The notes beneath the pieces were generated by a model. It saw only the letters and a program-made list of their open reading frames with translations, searched no databases and was not told the DNA's origin. DNA of 64,000 nt from Rhizophagus irregularis (Eukaryota), in NCBI RefSeq assembly GCF_026210795.1, contig NC_089434.1:2108001-2172000 (forward strand). Direction: 5' to 3'. The position numbers and the translations under genes were made by a program. Below are positions 1 to 15,623 of this stretch, piece by piece (the stretch's first letter is position 1; the number at the start of each line of letters is the position of its first letter).

Positions 1-612
1 ACAATTGATAAAATTTGCTCCCGAATCCCGATATGAACACGCACCACCTCCCGACCTACAATTAATAACTCCCACATTCGGAAATCGGTACAACACGTGC
101 AATCCGTAGTACTAATTAAGAAAAATGAAGCTTTGATCCCATTTTGACCGTAATTATGCGATTAAGTAAAGAGTCACTGTTTACTTTTTACATAATTCAA
201 AAATCAAAAGAAGTATGAAACTCTGGGTAATATTAGGTCAAACTGAAAATATTAACACCTATTCGAAGTGTAAAATCCAGAGTACCGAAAATTGTCCCTA
301 CTTAATTCAGTATCCATGTCTCAAAAACAATATTAATATATGGATTAATTGTTGAAGAAAGAAAGGAAAGAACAATAAAGAATATATCGTAAAGCTTATT
401 TTTTTCATCTAAATGTGTCCCTTTAAATTACAATCAGACACTTTCACTATATCATCCGTATATGTTCTATGCATCATAACCAGCTAAGCTAGCAAACCAT
501 TTTTTATAATTATAGATTAGTAGGATTTAATTTACTATCTTTAAGGAAAAAATGTTATTATCTAATCAACTTCAATTTATTTAAAACTTATTTGAGTTTT
601 TCCTTTAGATTA

Positions 613-617
<5 letters not shown>

Positions 618-645
<28 letters not shown>
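618..645. repeat. (TA)n microsatellite
   Basis: Run of tatata... directly visible upstream of the reductase gene. Confidence 0.9.
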
Positions 646-649
<4 letters not shown>

Positions 650-992
650 CAATAAATTCGATTTAATTCTGATGACATTAATTCAACTTCTCATATTACG
701 GAATGTTGAAATTTTTTTTTTTTTACACTCAATTTTACTATATCTGATATATATATGTGAATTTAGTTATACGTAAAAAAGAATTATTTCAAAGTTAAGA
801 CTATCCCAAGTAAACCTGAATACTCGTACTATGTTTTCATAAAAAAGAGATGTCCTACCAGAATTTCTCCTCTCTCAAAGTTCCATATACCCATAAAATA
901 ATATTATTATATGCATTTAATTAATTTGGTTATTTTATAGATTGAATGATTTGTACTTCAAATAGTAAGATTAACGATTGATTAGTAATTAG

Positions 993-3139
<2,147 letters not shown>

Positions 3140-3299
3140 AAAGAGTATAAATGTTTACTATATTTTGTATTGGTATACAATTAAAATCTCCGCGCCAAGA
3201 TCACATGATTTGTATAAAATTTTACTTCCCCATATTATTTAAATAAAACTATGAAATTATAATCTATATTAAATTTATTAAGAAAATTTCTAATTTTAA

Positions 3300-3468
3300 C
3301 CGGAGGTGCCATGACGAACAAGGTGATAAATAGTTTTAATAACAAACAAATTTTTGTCTTCAGATTAATTAACAAAAATAAAGACCATGGGTTGTGATAA
3401 ATAAACCTAACCCTAACATTATTAACCCTTAACACTAATAAATATTAGGGTAAGGAATTTCCCTCCGG
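3300..3468. mobile_element. Small putative MITE with TTAA flanks
   Basis: TTAA|CCGGAGG ... CCTCCGG|TTAA. The TIR is very short, so support is weak. Confidence 0.4.
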
Positions 3469-4296
3469 TTAAATGTAGTTATTTTCTAATATTTAATTAT
3501 AAAAAAATGATTTATTTATTACTATTTGATTTATTTTAATAAAGACAAATCTAATAAAAAAATTTATATAATATATTATATTGTATAAACAGTTTATTTA
3601 TATCTAATTAAATAATGATAAAATTATCCTTTTATAATTGATATTAATGGAATTATAGTTCAAAAAACATTTAGATTGTTTTGATAAAATAAATCAAATA
3701 GCAATAAAATTATTTCTTTATAATTAATAAAGAATTATAATTTATTAATTTAGTAATTACCATACCATTCTAAAATTAAACAACCTTTTTTAGTATAAAG
3801 TTGTTTAATTTTAGATACTTTTCTTTTTGTGTAAAAAATCCAAAAGAAATGAAGAAATTGTGCATTTAGAGACTTTATATATAATGTAATACAATGTTGT
3901 ATTTAATAAATAAATCATCATTAATTGATTTTATATGCATACTTGTTTTTTTCATTTTAAAAACTTGCTATACAATATATTGCTATAAAGAAATAAAAGG
4001 CAAAATAAAGCTATTGGTAAAAAAACTATTAGTAAACAAGCTATTAAATAACAACTCATATTCTATTAAATAAAAAAACAGGTTGTTACTTATATCAAGA
4101 AAAATGGAATAGTTAAAGCAGTAAAGTCTTTTAAATTTAATAAAAACATAGTTAATTACTGGGTTAATTCCAATGAAAAGTAGATAAATAAACTAAATTA
4201 ATATAGCAAATAAGTTAGCTTGATTAAAAATATTTTTACTTAAAAATTGAAAAAGAACTCTATAATAATTGGATTATAAAATAAAGAAAATAAAAT

Positions 4297-5322
4297 GGGT
4301 CTAGTTCACATTACCAACAATTATATTACTGACAATTATTTTACCGACACTTACTTTACCGACAGGTATATTTTACCAACAATCATATTATCAACAATTA
4401 TTTTACCAACAAAATAATAATATAATTTTAAGTGTGTAATAAAATAAAGTAATATAGAAATAGTTATTTATTTATTTTGTTATTGTTTATTTATTATTAT
4501 TTAAAATAAAACTTTTATTAATTTATTATTTATTATTAATTGAAATAATATACAGTATATTATTATATTTAATTAGCATTTTGAAATACTCTAGAATGCT
4601 TATAAAAAAAGCAAATTATATAAACTAAATTAAGAACAATTCTAAGTACAATATATTATAAAACTGAAATAAATTTTTAAAAGAAAAAATGTATTTGTAA
4701 CAGCCTGTTACATATCTTATTTGTAACATCCTTTTTTTATTTATTTTTTTTTTAATAATAAATTTAAATATGTGTTTCACAAATAAAATTTTTATATGCA
4801 AAATTTAATTTGAAAACCTTTTACTTAATGTACTTAAGACAGTTTCATAGATAAAATTTTAAGTTATAAGTAGTTTCTTAAAATTTTTTAAAAAATTCTT
4901 TTGTCTTAGTTACACGACTGATCTTTTATTTTTGTTTACATTACGCCTGATCTTAAATTTTAATTGGATAAAATTGGTGTTGTTACAAATAAGACGTATA
5001 ACAGGCTATTGCAATTAGATTTATCCTTTTTAAAAAATAAAATTAATAAAATTAAATATTAAATTCAAGTTATTTTATTATATATAAATATCATAGTATT
5101 TTACATTTTGTTATATATTAATCAATTTTTTATTTTATATATTATGGTAAATTCTTTTATATTAAATATATATTATAATTTTATACTGGAGTGGGTAGTA
5201 AAATAGTAATAAATACTATAAGTGTTAATGGTAAAATGAGTATTAATAAAATGAGTATTAGTAAAATGTACTTATCGGTAAAATGATTAGTAATATAATT
5301 GTCAGTAATGTGAATGGGTTCC
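4297..5322. mobile_element. Non-autonomous DNA transposon with imperfect TIRs and subterminal TTTTACC(G/A)ACA repeats
   Basis: Left gggtctagttcacattaccaacaattatattact matches the reverse complement of the right end (ggaacccattcacattactgacaattatattact). No clean TSD. Confidence 0.6.
4695..5014. mobile_element. MITE nested in the previous element
   Basis: ~34-bp inverted repeat ttgtaacagcctgttacatatcttatttgtaaca / tgttacaaataagacgtataacaggctattgcaa. Confidence 0.6.
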
Positions 5323-5359
5323 ATAAAAACTAGGTATCACATATACTGGTCAAAAACTA

Positions 5360-6237
5360 GGCAAACGTGGCATAGTAACCTTTATCTTTATTAAATTTAT
5401 TCGAATTTTACAATTTACAAAAAATAAAAATAAAAATAAAAAATAAAACTAACTAAAAACAAAGCTATATAGTCTTCTAAGAAAAAATAAAGTAAAAAAA
5501 ATTAATCTAAAAAAGAAAAATTGCATTACACTAAATTTTCCCAAATCTTCCCTTTGATATATTCCAACCAAAATAGAAGCAACTATGCTAACAAAATAAC
5601 GAATAGCGAGTCCACTATAAAAATTGATACTCCATCCTGCAAAAGCTGTTATTCAGTAGCACCGTTAGACGACCCATAAAACCCAAAAAGTGATTAAAGC
5701 AAACCAAAATGAAACCATATTTTATCGAGTTCTTCAACCAATCAGTTTCGGAGTCACGTGAATCATGTAGGGTTAGAGGTGGTAAAGATGAGTAAGGTAA
5801 ATATGTAGACTTAAACAAATTTGATGGCTGAGGAGAAGTTTTTAATTTGTAAGTGATATTTATCACGTTTTTCCATCTACTTTTCTCATAAGAACGCGGA
5901 TTCCAAATTCTTTTCCTGAACTTTGTATAAAATTGTTGTGAATAGCAGTGACAACCTTCATCACTGAAGTTCTTGGAATAGATAAATCAATTAACAAATC
6001 GACAAAGAGTTTAGGTAAGCATCCACAAACAAAGTCGTAAAAGGACCAATTTATAGAAGAAAAGGACCAGCATGGAAAAGAAATTAGTTTAGTAATAAAC
6101 GAAGCAGGATCAATATCAGCCAATTTTCCAGCTTCCTGAAGCTTCAATAATCAAATAATTTTTGAGCAAGTATCAACAGGATTCACAGACAGTAATCGAC
6201 GCTTTTTGCACATAAAAAGGTGCATTAAGTCTTCCAA
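5360..6237 (-). mobile_element. 5'-truncated LINE 3' fragment (same family as 39016-48813)
   Basis: ORFs 5615-5866 and 5863-6147 match the C-terminus of ORF 47724-48554 (YLPYSSLPPLT..DSRDS, GFMGRL..LLNNSFCRME). TSD ATACTGGTCAAAA(A)CTA at 5343-5359 and 6238-6253. Confidence 0.85.
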
Positions 6238-6610
6238 ATACTGGTCAAAACTAATATATCAGGTAGCAAATATGTATCAGGTATATACCCGATATGTGTA
6301 GTAAAAATGCAGAAAATTGGGTACCCAATAGATGTAAGATATGTGCAAATACACCTACCTGCCAAAAGTATCCAGACAATTCTAAAAAATAACCATTAAA
6401 TCACATTATTTTGATGTTCAGTGATCAGAATTTAATGATTTATAATTCATTAGATTCGTCTAATTGAGATACATCTAACTGCAGTATTTTCAAGTCTGTA
6501 AGTTTAATAGAACAGAAGTTATTGCTGAATGTCTAAAAACAGTAAAATGCAAATAACTTTTAATCCATCAATTCTAGAGACATGAAAATAATAGATACAA
6601 TGTACCTTAA

Positions 6611-9600
6611 TTGCCAATTCGGATAAGATCGGCACTAATTTATTATAGAAATTCGGGGCAAAAATTTTCCGATTTATTAAGGTAGCACGAATATTACAAA
6701 AAAGGACCTCTTATAACAATGCAAAAAAGTTCCCGGTAACCCACATTTTTCCACGTTACTTACTGCATGAATACATAAGGAAAATAATAATGTCAAAAAA
6801 AAATATTTTTTATTGACTAAAAAAAAACTTTTATTTGCACGCACGTCAGATTCCTGCCTTCTTATACTACCTATGCTATAAAAAAAAATTCTTAATTCAC
6901 AAGTTTCAAAGTAACTATTCCAAATTTTATTAGACAGTAAGTTTGTATACAGGTTTTTAGCATACTTTATGAAATATTATGACGCTTTAGTATTTTCCTC
7001 GTTATGTTTATTATAATATTATCGTACAAATTTGAAATAATAAATTTTATTTTCTTGAATGCGTAAGAAATTTAATTTCTAGGTATGTTCTATTTCTTCC
7101 ATATTCCTAAGAGCCATAGATTGTTTCCATTTTCGTGAAAAAGTTGTAATCCAGTTGGCAATAGTTGACTCCTTTGGAATATCATCCAGGCTAATTTCTC
7201 CTTCATATCCACGGCGCAATAATTCATTTCGCATTTCTTGAGCTGACATTTTTGTTACAGGGGTTAGCCTTGTTACGTATAAATAAATACACGAAGAATT
7301 TTTTTACTTTTTCATTGGTACCATTCTTTTCACTGGTGTTCTGATCTTTTGATTTTCTTTTAGAGCCCATCTTTTATAAAATGATTCATGACTAAAAGAA
7401 TAGTTTGAACGCGTTGGTAATATTTACAGCTTAGAAAATTATATACAAAGAGCGATACCTCTTTGATTTTGGAATAGTATCTGTTGGTGAATTGGTTGGA
7501 ACAACAATTTCTGCACTCTATTTATTAGTTATTATCAATTACATTACCATACCCTAAATGAAACTACTGTATTTTATATAATCAGAAACTACTCACTGAT
7601 TCTTCATTTTCTTTGATTTCAGAATCATCATCATCTGACAAATGTTGGATTATTACAAGAACTTCCTATTTTGAGATGATACAGTTATTGAAACCATACC
7701 TTGTTTTTTGATGCTTGATGTTATCCAAGATTTGTTTGGTTTTGTATGTTGAGTAATTATTGGGTTTGGCTTGACAAAAATCCGTTCTTTAGCAATTTTT
7801 TGTATTTTACTAGGTGAAAATTTATTCCACAAACTAAACCCGGGAAGAGCTCTTCCATATATATAGCCTGCTTCTTCAGTATCATTCGGCCAGACCCATT
7901 CTGCCCAATTTGTAATTCCTTGTATAGTACCCAAAGTACTTTTACGATCTATTTATAATAAAGTATATAATTTTTTTTTGATTTTTAATAATATAGTAAA
8001 TCAATTCAATCACAAACCTTGTGAATGATTAGGTTGAATGTGTGCTACATGAGTACCCGCTAGATCTTTTATTGCATCTTCAATATTTTCGCCAGAAGTA
8101 ATATCATACCCTAGTTTTATGTATCTTTTGATTGCATGAGTTATCTTATAAATAAATGAAATAATTTGATAAATGCTTTGCAAATTTTTTTCAAAATTTA
8201 AAATATCAAGTATCAAATATTTTATTACCTGCGCATGATGAGAGTCTATCGTTGTCTTGGCCTCACCCGCTTCCAAAAATATCCAATTTTTTATGCTAAT
8301 ATTATACCATTCCTTCCAATATGATAATATTATCATCAGTTCAGTATTGTGATAATGAGGTCCGTTATCAGAAATTATGGTAATCCATGATGGCTTCTTT
8401 TTGAGAGTTTCTATCACACCATGTAATGAAGAAGCAGTAAACCAGGCGTCCTGTTTCGTGTCATTGGACTAATGATCGAATGCTTGAATATTTAGATTTT
8501 GTGTTTCAGAATTTTTGGTATAAATGAGTATTGAATGGAGACTCCAGCCACGTTTGCCAAAAAATTCAGATTTCGTTTCTCTTGCACTTTTAGGTAGAAT
8601 CCTCATTTTATAATCTACTATCAACAGAGCTTCATCTGAATCAAGTTGGAGGAGATTTGAATTTAGCTGAGCATTCAAGTATGTTTTTCGGGCATGGTGG
8701 GACATAAAGGATATTAGTTGTTTTTTATATTCTTCAAAATCTTGATAATGCATTATATCCAGATTATTTTGTAATTTCACAAAAAATTCAAATAAACTTT
8801 CACAGCTTTGGCAGATTTTTGGGTGGTCTTGATTACAATCACCAAATGCATGTCGAAGACAATGACTTACACAGGGAATATGAATAGCGTTGCCCATATC
8901 ATCAATTTGTAATTGTTTGGTGTAATCTCTACGAAGGTATTGTTTTAAAATTTGTGAATCATTTACCAATTCTTTCTGTTTTATTATTTATCAATGTTTA
9001 TATTAGTAAAGTGTTGAATTGAATTTTGTATACAATGAAAAAAATAATAGACTTACCCGAATACCTGGATCTGTAACATGACTTTCAATAATTTTTTCAA
9101 TTTTGGCAAATACTGAATAACCACATTCATTACATGTCATACATAGTTCTCCAAGATCTTCATCTAAACGCGTCATAAATGATGTACGTTGCATACCATT
9201 GGGAAATTGCTCATGAAATTTTTTCCATAATGCCTGCTTATGATCTTGAAGATATAATACAGGTAATCCACTTTTATTGTCAGTTTTATATGAGCTCATA
9301 TTTACATTTCTTTTATCTGCGAAAAATGATTCAAATTGACTTAGCATTTCTTCTTTTAGTTTGATACGATGAATAACTGGTTTTTCCAATAGAGGTGCTC
9401 CATAACTATTAATTCGCGCATGTTTTCTAGATTCAGAAATGGTATGTCTTCCAACCTTTCAATATATAATGCAATAATTATAATTACTATACAACTATTA
9501 ATATTAGTTTTTTATTATAAACAATCATTGTACTTACGTTCAAATTTGTTTCTAATTCAGAATAAGAAAATTCATCTGCAATAATTGATAAAACCCTACG

Positions 9601-10955
9601 TTTACCATCACAATTCTGCTTATTATCATCCAATGCACGTCTAAAAGAACTCTAAAAAGTTTTGGTTTTGTTGGGCATGTAAATAGGAGCGCTGGTAAGA
9701 AACCCTATTTTGCTAAGTTGTTGAAGTGTTGCACGATCTTGTTCAGGTTGGGATGACCTAGACCAAAATTGATACTAACAATAATTGTTCGTTAATATTC
9801 AATATTATTTTATATAAAATTAGATGATAGATGTATTACCTCTGATTCTTTATTTGACCAAGGAGTTACATTATGGCTACCAGTATCTCGAAGCATAGAT
9901 TGCCATGCTCTTAATTCTCGATCACCAAATTTATGATTTTTTGGATATAAAATTTGCAACTGTGAATATAGTTCAACGACTGGACTTTCTTGTTCAAGCC
10001 AATCAAGAAAAAACTGATGCCAATTAAGATTTGATATTGTTCTCCGTTTTAAATGGTAATCATAAAGTGATTTCATAATAGAATAATCATTCCAATTTTT
10101 GGGAAAACATGAGGGTAATTTTGCTAAGGTTTGCACCAAAGAATTTTCAAGGCCAAAAAGTTGATCTCCATTATATTTTTTCATTTGCTCTGATTTTTCC
10201 CATACAGCAATTGGTGTTTCGCCCTCAAATTTTTTTTTCATTTGATTATCTTGATAAATTTCAAGAATACATTTATCTTCCTCGATTTTAGATACATAAA
10301 TTGCTTGTTTATTACTGTTAAATTTGTACATGAAAGACGATTTGTATCCAGGACCAGCGTTAAGCCAGTTTGCTTGAGAAGAAATTCCTATTCCGTATAC
10401 AAATATTTTCAGTGAATCAACCAAAATTAAAATAGGAACAAATAAAACATCCTTTAAAAGTTGGTGGATAATGTCTTCATCTTGCCACCCTAATACTAAA
10501 GGACCTGAAAATCGTGTCCCATTTTCAAAAATTTGCGCGTATACCGTAGAAATTGCTTTAGAAGGGTCATTTTCTATTTGACTAATATATGTATCACTTT
10601 GGCACAAATATCCAGGTACCGCAACATTATTTTTGTTTCCAACAACAATAGTTATATAAAAGTCACGATTATTCAGACAAGTTTTTGTTTTTTGACCAAC
10701 ATGTAGGGGAAAGTAAGTACCATTTTCTTTGTCTGTTGTTATTTTCCACCAATAACGAGAATATGGCCCATAGTGAAATTCTTCAATTATTGAACCAAAA
10801 TCAACTAGACTAACTGTAATTGAGCGGTGTTTTGGCATGAATATTGGTCACGCGCGTCAGATTCAGAAAAGCTTTGAATATCATAGTGATAATTATCCCC
10901 AAATTTTATTATTACGTATATAGTCACATGGTGCCGATCTTATCCAGATCATCAA
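6611..10955 (-). mobile_element. Sola3-like DNA transposon with ~25-bp TIRs and TTAA flanks
   Basis: TTAA|TTGCCAATTCGGATAAGATCGGCAC ... GTGCCGATCTTATCCAGATCATCAA|TTAA. It interrupts one arm of the foldback exactly. Confidence 0.7.
7079..10838 (-). pseudogene. Multi-exon Sola3-like DDD transposase with N-terminal FYR-like domains, carrying in-frame stops
   Basis: Motifs IVDYKMRILPKSARETKSEFFGKRGWSLH, ISDNGPHYH, FLEAGEAKTTIDSHH. Cys/His clusters CMTC and HCLRH..C..DH..C..C. FYRC-like NGDQLFGLENSLVQTLAKLP. Stop at 8469-8471 is read through in frame. Confidence 0.65.
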
Positions 10956-11068
10956 TTAATAAGATAAATTTAATGAATCATATTTCATTATTCTAAGTTT
11001 AATAGAGAAGAAAACGTTGTGAAATTTGTATTTGCTAAAGTTTTAAAGATAAAAATGAATTACTTTAT

Positions 11069-11822
11069 CCCTTAAACTGTTTTGCGGGCAAATTTGCCCG
11101 CAATTTCTAAATTAGAATAAATGATGCTATAAAAAATTCTTTAATTTTGGCCAGATCGTCACATAATTTTGCAGCCAAATTGATCTACATTCTGGCCATA
11201 AATTGTATGAGTTAGATATACAGTTGATCATTAAAATTGGATTAAAAATTAACCCGCAAAAATAGTATCGGAATTTTTATATAATAAAATTTAAACTTTT
11301 CCTACCATATTTTTTCTCTATTTGAATATTTATTATAACTTTTTATTTTTATTATAAAAATTTTGCATTATAATAAACAAAATAGAGATAAAAAAAATCA
11401 ATTATTATGAATATATAATTAAAATGCATAATAAAATTTTCATTAAGGTTCTATATAAAGTCAAAATCCTACTTTTAAATATCAAAAATCATATTAACAA
11501 AAGTCGTTTCTCATACCAAATTCTACATATTCTATTAAGCTTTTATATAGCTACAATTAATTATCAATGAAATCGTCGAAGTTAAGTGCAAAGTTTTTTA
11601 AAATTTTGTGATTATCTTAAAATACAACTTTTGACCAATGGGTAATTTTCGATTTTCTAAAATATAATTAATAAATGATAATAATTGCTGCACAATATAT
11701 AATTTAAACTATTTTGGAAAAAAATTTTATTAAAATTGCTTTATTTTTCATAAAATTAGATGAGAGCTGAAATTTGATAAAATTACGGGCAAATTTGCCC
11801 GCAATTGCTTACAGTTTAAGGG
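11069..11822. mobile_element. MITE at the foldback centre, CCCTTAAACTG termini, with a palindrome at each end
   Basis: cccttaaactg...gcgggcaaatttgcccgc at the left and cgggcaaatttgcccgc...cagtttaaggg at the right. Confidence 0.65.
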
Positions 11823-12712
11823 ATAAAGTTAAATCATATTATTTCAATAATCAGTAGACAGAATTTAATTATTTATGATTCAATGAATTCATATTATCAA
11901 AATGCATCTAATTGCAGTGTTTTTATGTCTCTAAATTTGATGGATCAGTTGTTATCCTCAACAGTAAAATGCAAATAATTTATTATTCCTTTTAAAAATT
12001 TAACATATACAAATTTCAAACCGTTTTCTTCTTTATTGAACTTAGAAAAATGAAATATAATTTATTAGATTTATTTTGTTAAAGTATTATTTTCATATTT
12101 CTAGAATTGATGGATCAAAAGTTATTTATATTTTACTATTTTTAGACATTCAGCAATAACTTCTGTTTTATTGAACTTACAGACTTGAAAATACTGCAGT
12201 TAGATACGTTTCAATTAGATGAATTCAATGAATCATAAATCGTTAAATTCTGATTACTGAACGTCAAAATAATGTGATTTAATAGTTATTTTTATATATC
12301 ATATACATATCAAATACTGATATGTATATGATATATACATGATATGTAAACAATATATACAGTATATTTGCATATATCTTACACATATCAGGTATCCAAT
12401 TTTTTGCATTTTTACTACATATATCAGGTATATATCTGATATATACCATCTAGCACTGCATATAGTATCCCCCTTTTTCCGTACCCCCACTTTATAAGAC
12501 CCAGGTATAATTCAATTTTTATTAAGGAAGTTTTACATAAGACCTGGGTATTTTAATAGATTTAAATATTAATTATTGTAACATAACAGTCACCGCGCAT
12601 GTAACATGTAGATCAATTTTATAATAATAAAATTTTGTGTACCCATAATTGAATTACATCATTTAACAATTAATCATCAATTATAATATACAACACCATA
12701 TCAAATAAAGTA

Positions 12713-14593
12713 GAATAAAAAAAAAAACTCTTTCCCGAATACATTTTTTACGAAAATTTCTGCGTAATAATTTTTTTAAAAAATAATCCCCTTTATTAAA
12801 TTTTATTACATAAATATAAAAATGTCTATAGATAAGAGCCGAACACCAAACGAAGAAGCTTTAAACTTCATTTCTAAGTTTAACGAAATTTATTTTCAAA
12901 CTTTTACACACCATTTAAGTTCTTTTGTACAGGATGGTTTCCTCAAGGACTTATTCGAAAAAAACCCCTCAGTACCTAAGGATAAAGCCCAGATACTGAT
13001 AGAGCGGTTTGGCGAAACAGCCAACCCTGCGAACTTCACTTCACAAGCTCAAGCTACGAATATACAACCCACCACCCTTTCGCTAATATTTTCTATAGCG
13101 CTATATGCTGCGTCCAGGTCTTGGGATAATTTTTCAGCCCAATTCTATTGCAATTTTGGCGATACGGGTGATGATAATGATGACGATGATGATGGATCTC
13201 AGAATACTGATGATTATCTGATGGATGAGTCATCTCCGCTAATGCCTGATGAAGATGATCTTATACGCCAAAGATTTATAAAACCACCAAATCCAGTACC
13301 TATCAAGCTTCCATCAATGCCTGATATAGTAATGACCCCTGTTAATCAAACTGTGATACCCGAAAATTCCTGGAAGAAAGATAAACAAAAGGCGCGTGTT
13401 ACAGATGATAAACAAGTTGCGAACCAATCTACAAAGGCAAAACCTGATGTGAAAACATCAGCCAAAAATTCCCAAAAGGGACAGAAATCATCCGAACCAG
13501 AGGCTACACAGATACTGACAGGATACGAAGCTGTCGGAGAGGAGCAAGAGCAAATCCGAGACATTATAGTTTACGATATCCCGTATACCTGGAACCTGCA
13601 GAAAATAATAGCAGAGTTAAAATTTTCAACACAAGTATCAGACTCTTAGAGTCAAGATAGCACTATCCTCATTTGCCCTTCCCCAGTTTAATAAATATTG
13701 GACGACAGACCTGGGAGGTATACCCGTTAGATGGTTCCCTGCAAGTTGGACTTTACGAGAAAGAAAACAACGTGAAAAGTTCCAAGCCGTTATTACGATG
13801 GCTACCTTGTGGATGGACCGTAAACCATGTGAATTTTTGATGAAGTGCGGTGCTAGCTCATTTAAAATCATACAAACAAGTAAAGGAAGGAGGAAACTTG
13901 TGGCCTATTTTGAGAATTGGGAGACCACACTAAGGGCCTTAGATACGCCACAGTTTTTCGTACCTGATGGTAAGGAGTTGAAATGGTGTCGACACTCCAT
14001 TCCTACCTTGAAGAAAGCACAAACCAAACCGAAGGCTAAAAATACACCGAATACGAAAAAGTCAGGTAAGTCTGACAAAAATTTGGAAAGTAAACAGCCT
14101 AAGAAGAAGGATAAACCCACGTCCTCAAAGAAAGTCCCGAAAAATAATAACTAGGAGGAAAAACACCCGAAGAATCAGAAGAAGGCAAAGAATACCTCGA
14201 AGACTAAGGGTGGTAATAAAGATAACAAGATGGTTTTAGCAGAGATTTTAACTTTATTACAGAAACTAGTTTAGCCTACGCTTTAATTAGCGGTTTTATG
14301 AATTTCAGAATTGTATTATTTTTTAGGATAGAATAGGTTTATGTGTATGCACCATAATTTCTTGAAAAGGGGACTTGTCCTTTCCACTTTTTTCCCCCTC
14401 CTTTTTTTTCCCAGTGTGTTCGCCTGGACTTTTATCGGACGTAGTAGTAGTGCAGGTTTTTTATTTTCAAGTAGTTCGGGTCGGCTTTCAGCTCCTCTGG
14501 TAATCGATGGTAGGATTTAGTTGGGTTGTATTACTTCGGAATCATACTCACGTTTATATCCCCTGCCAGCTTCACATAAAATAAATAAATAAA
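12713..14593 (+). mobile_element. ORF1-only non-autonomous retroposon, copy 1
   Basis: 18-bp TSD ACCATATCAAATAAAGTA (12695-12712 / 14594-14611), 3' (TAAA)n tail, near-identical inverted copy at 39571-41455. Confidence 0.9.
12822..14274 (+). pseudogene. LINE ORF1/gag-like nucleic-acid-binding protein (RRM-like segments, acidic tract, Lys-rich tail), frameshifted near 13627
   Basis: RDIIVYDIPYTW.., then the +1 frame QHKYQTLRVKI..GIPVRWFP..KLVAYFENWE runs to LLQKLV*. The TAG at 14152 is CAG in copy 2. Confidence 0.65.
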
Positions 14594-14927
14594 ACCATAT
14601 CAAATAAAGTAATCATATGCGCGTATCATTGTAATTGGGCCTTTTTAAGGCCACTGATCAGCTGATTTCTGCAGCTGTGATTTGCGACTTGGTTTATCAG
14701 CTGATGTAAGTATCAATTTAATACACAAGGAGAAAAAAATTTTTTATGATTAAACCAATCGTTCTAACGTATTTTAACGTATTTTAATGTCTAACCAATC
14801 GTTCCGATGCCAAACCAATCGTTCCAACCTTTGACCAAGTGTTTTTGACAAGTAAGAATATTGAAATTGCTAAAAGTTTTCATTGCTATTTTATATAATT
14901 TTTTAAATATTTTTTTTCACAAAAAAC

Positions 14928-15623
14928 ATGTACACTTTTGTTAATTTCTTTTCTCAAAGTTTCTATCAAAGTAATTAAATAAATTCTATTCCCACTCCAC
15001 CTCCTTTACCAACTACTTCCTCCACTTTACATGAATGTACGGTTTGTAAGGCTTCATACAGAAGTAAATCTGGTTTAACACGACATAAAACTATTGTACA
15101 AAAATACAATACGCGACGTGAAGGGTTGTATACATTACCTCTAGAAGCAATAAACGAGTTCAAAGCACAGCTTGTTCACGTTATTCAAGGTAAACTAAAA
15201 GATCATTTTTCTAAGTCAAGTAGACAAACTATTTCTTTACCTTGTCTGGAAAGTTTATTTTTTGGAGTCTTTGAAGGTTATATTCATTATTATAACTATC
15301 GGACTGGTAGTTATAAATGTTTTTTCTAAGGTCCAGATGCGTATACACAAGTAGCTAATTTATTTAATAATTCAAATTGGGGATGCAAATTTTTTAATAA
15401 TAACCAGCAAACTTTTGTTGTGTTATTTGATGCGCAGGCTGAAGCAGATGCTAATCAAGAAAGTCTTTCTGATCAACATAGTAATCGGGTTCCAAAAAAT
15501 AGGCTAAAAAGATTTAACTTGCCTAAATTAACGGTTGAGTGGAAATATAAGAAAAGTAAAGAAGATGCAAAAAATAATAGAACTTCAGAAGGATATATTA
15601 ATTTAAAATTTTGTGCACAATAA
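14928..15623 (+). pseudogene. C2H2-type zinc-finger accessory protein (two in-frame TAA)
   Basis: One frame from ATG 14928 through HECTVCKASYRSKSGLTRH and ORFs 15126-15329 and 15420-15623. Confidence 0.55.

Larger units (their letters stand above)
6260..12450. repeat. Long inverted-repeat (foldback) arms: 6260-6606 plus 10960-11065 versus ~11960-12450
   Basis: For example 6390-6595 is the reverse complement of 12085-12295. The left arm resumes at 10960 after the Sola-like insertion. Confidence 0.8.

Noticed and set aside
1..320. Possible first exons of a divergent minus-strand gene
   Set aside because: Short open frames run off the window edge, but I could not build a consistent spliced model or recognise a motif.
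12470..12550. Candidate pogo terminus (tagtatcccc..tataagaccc)
   Set aside because: It resembles a pogo end, but I found no convincing inverted partner near 22000 or 25100, so element limits are not called.
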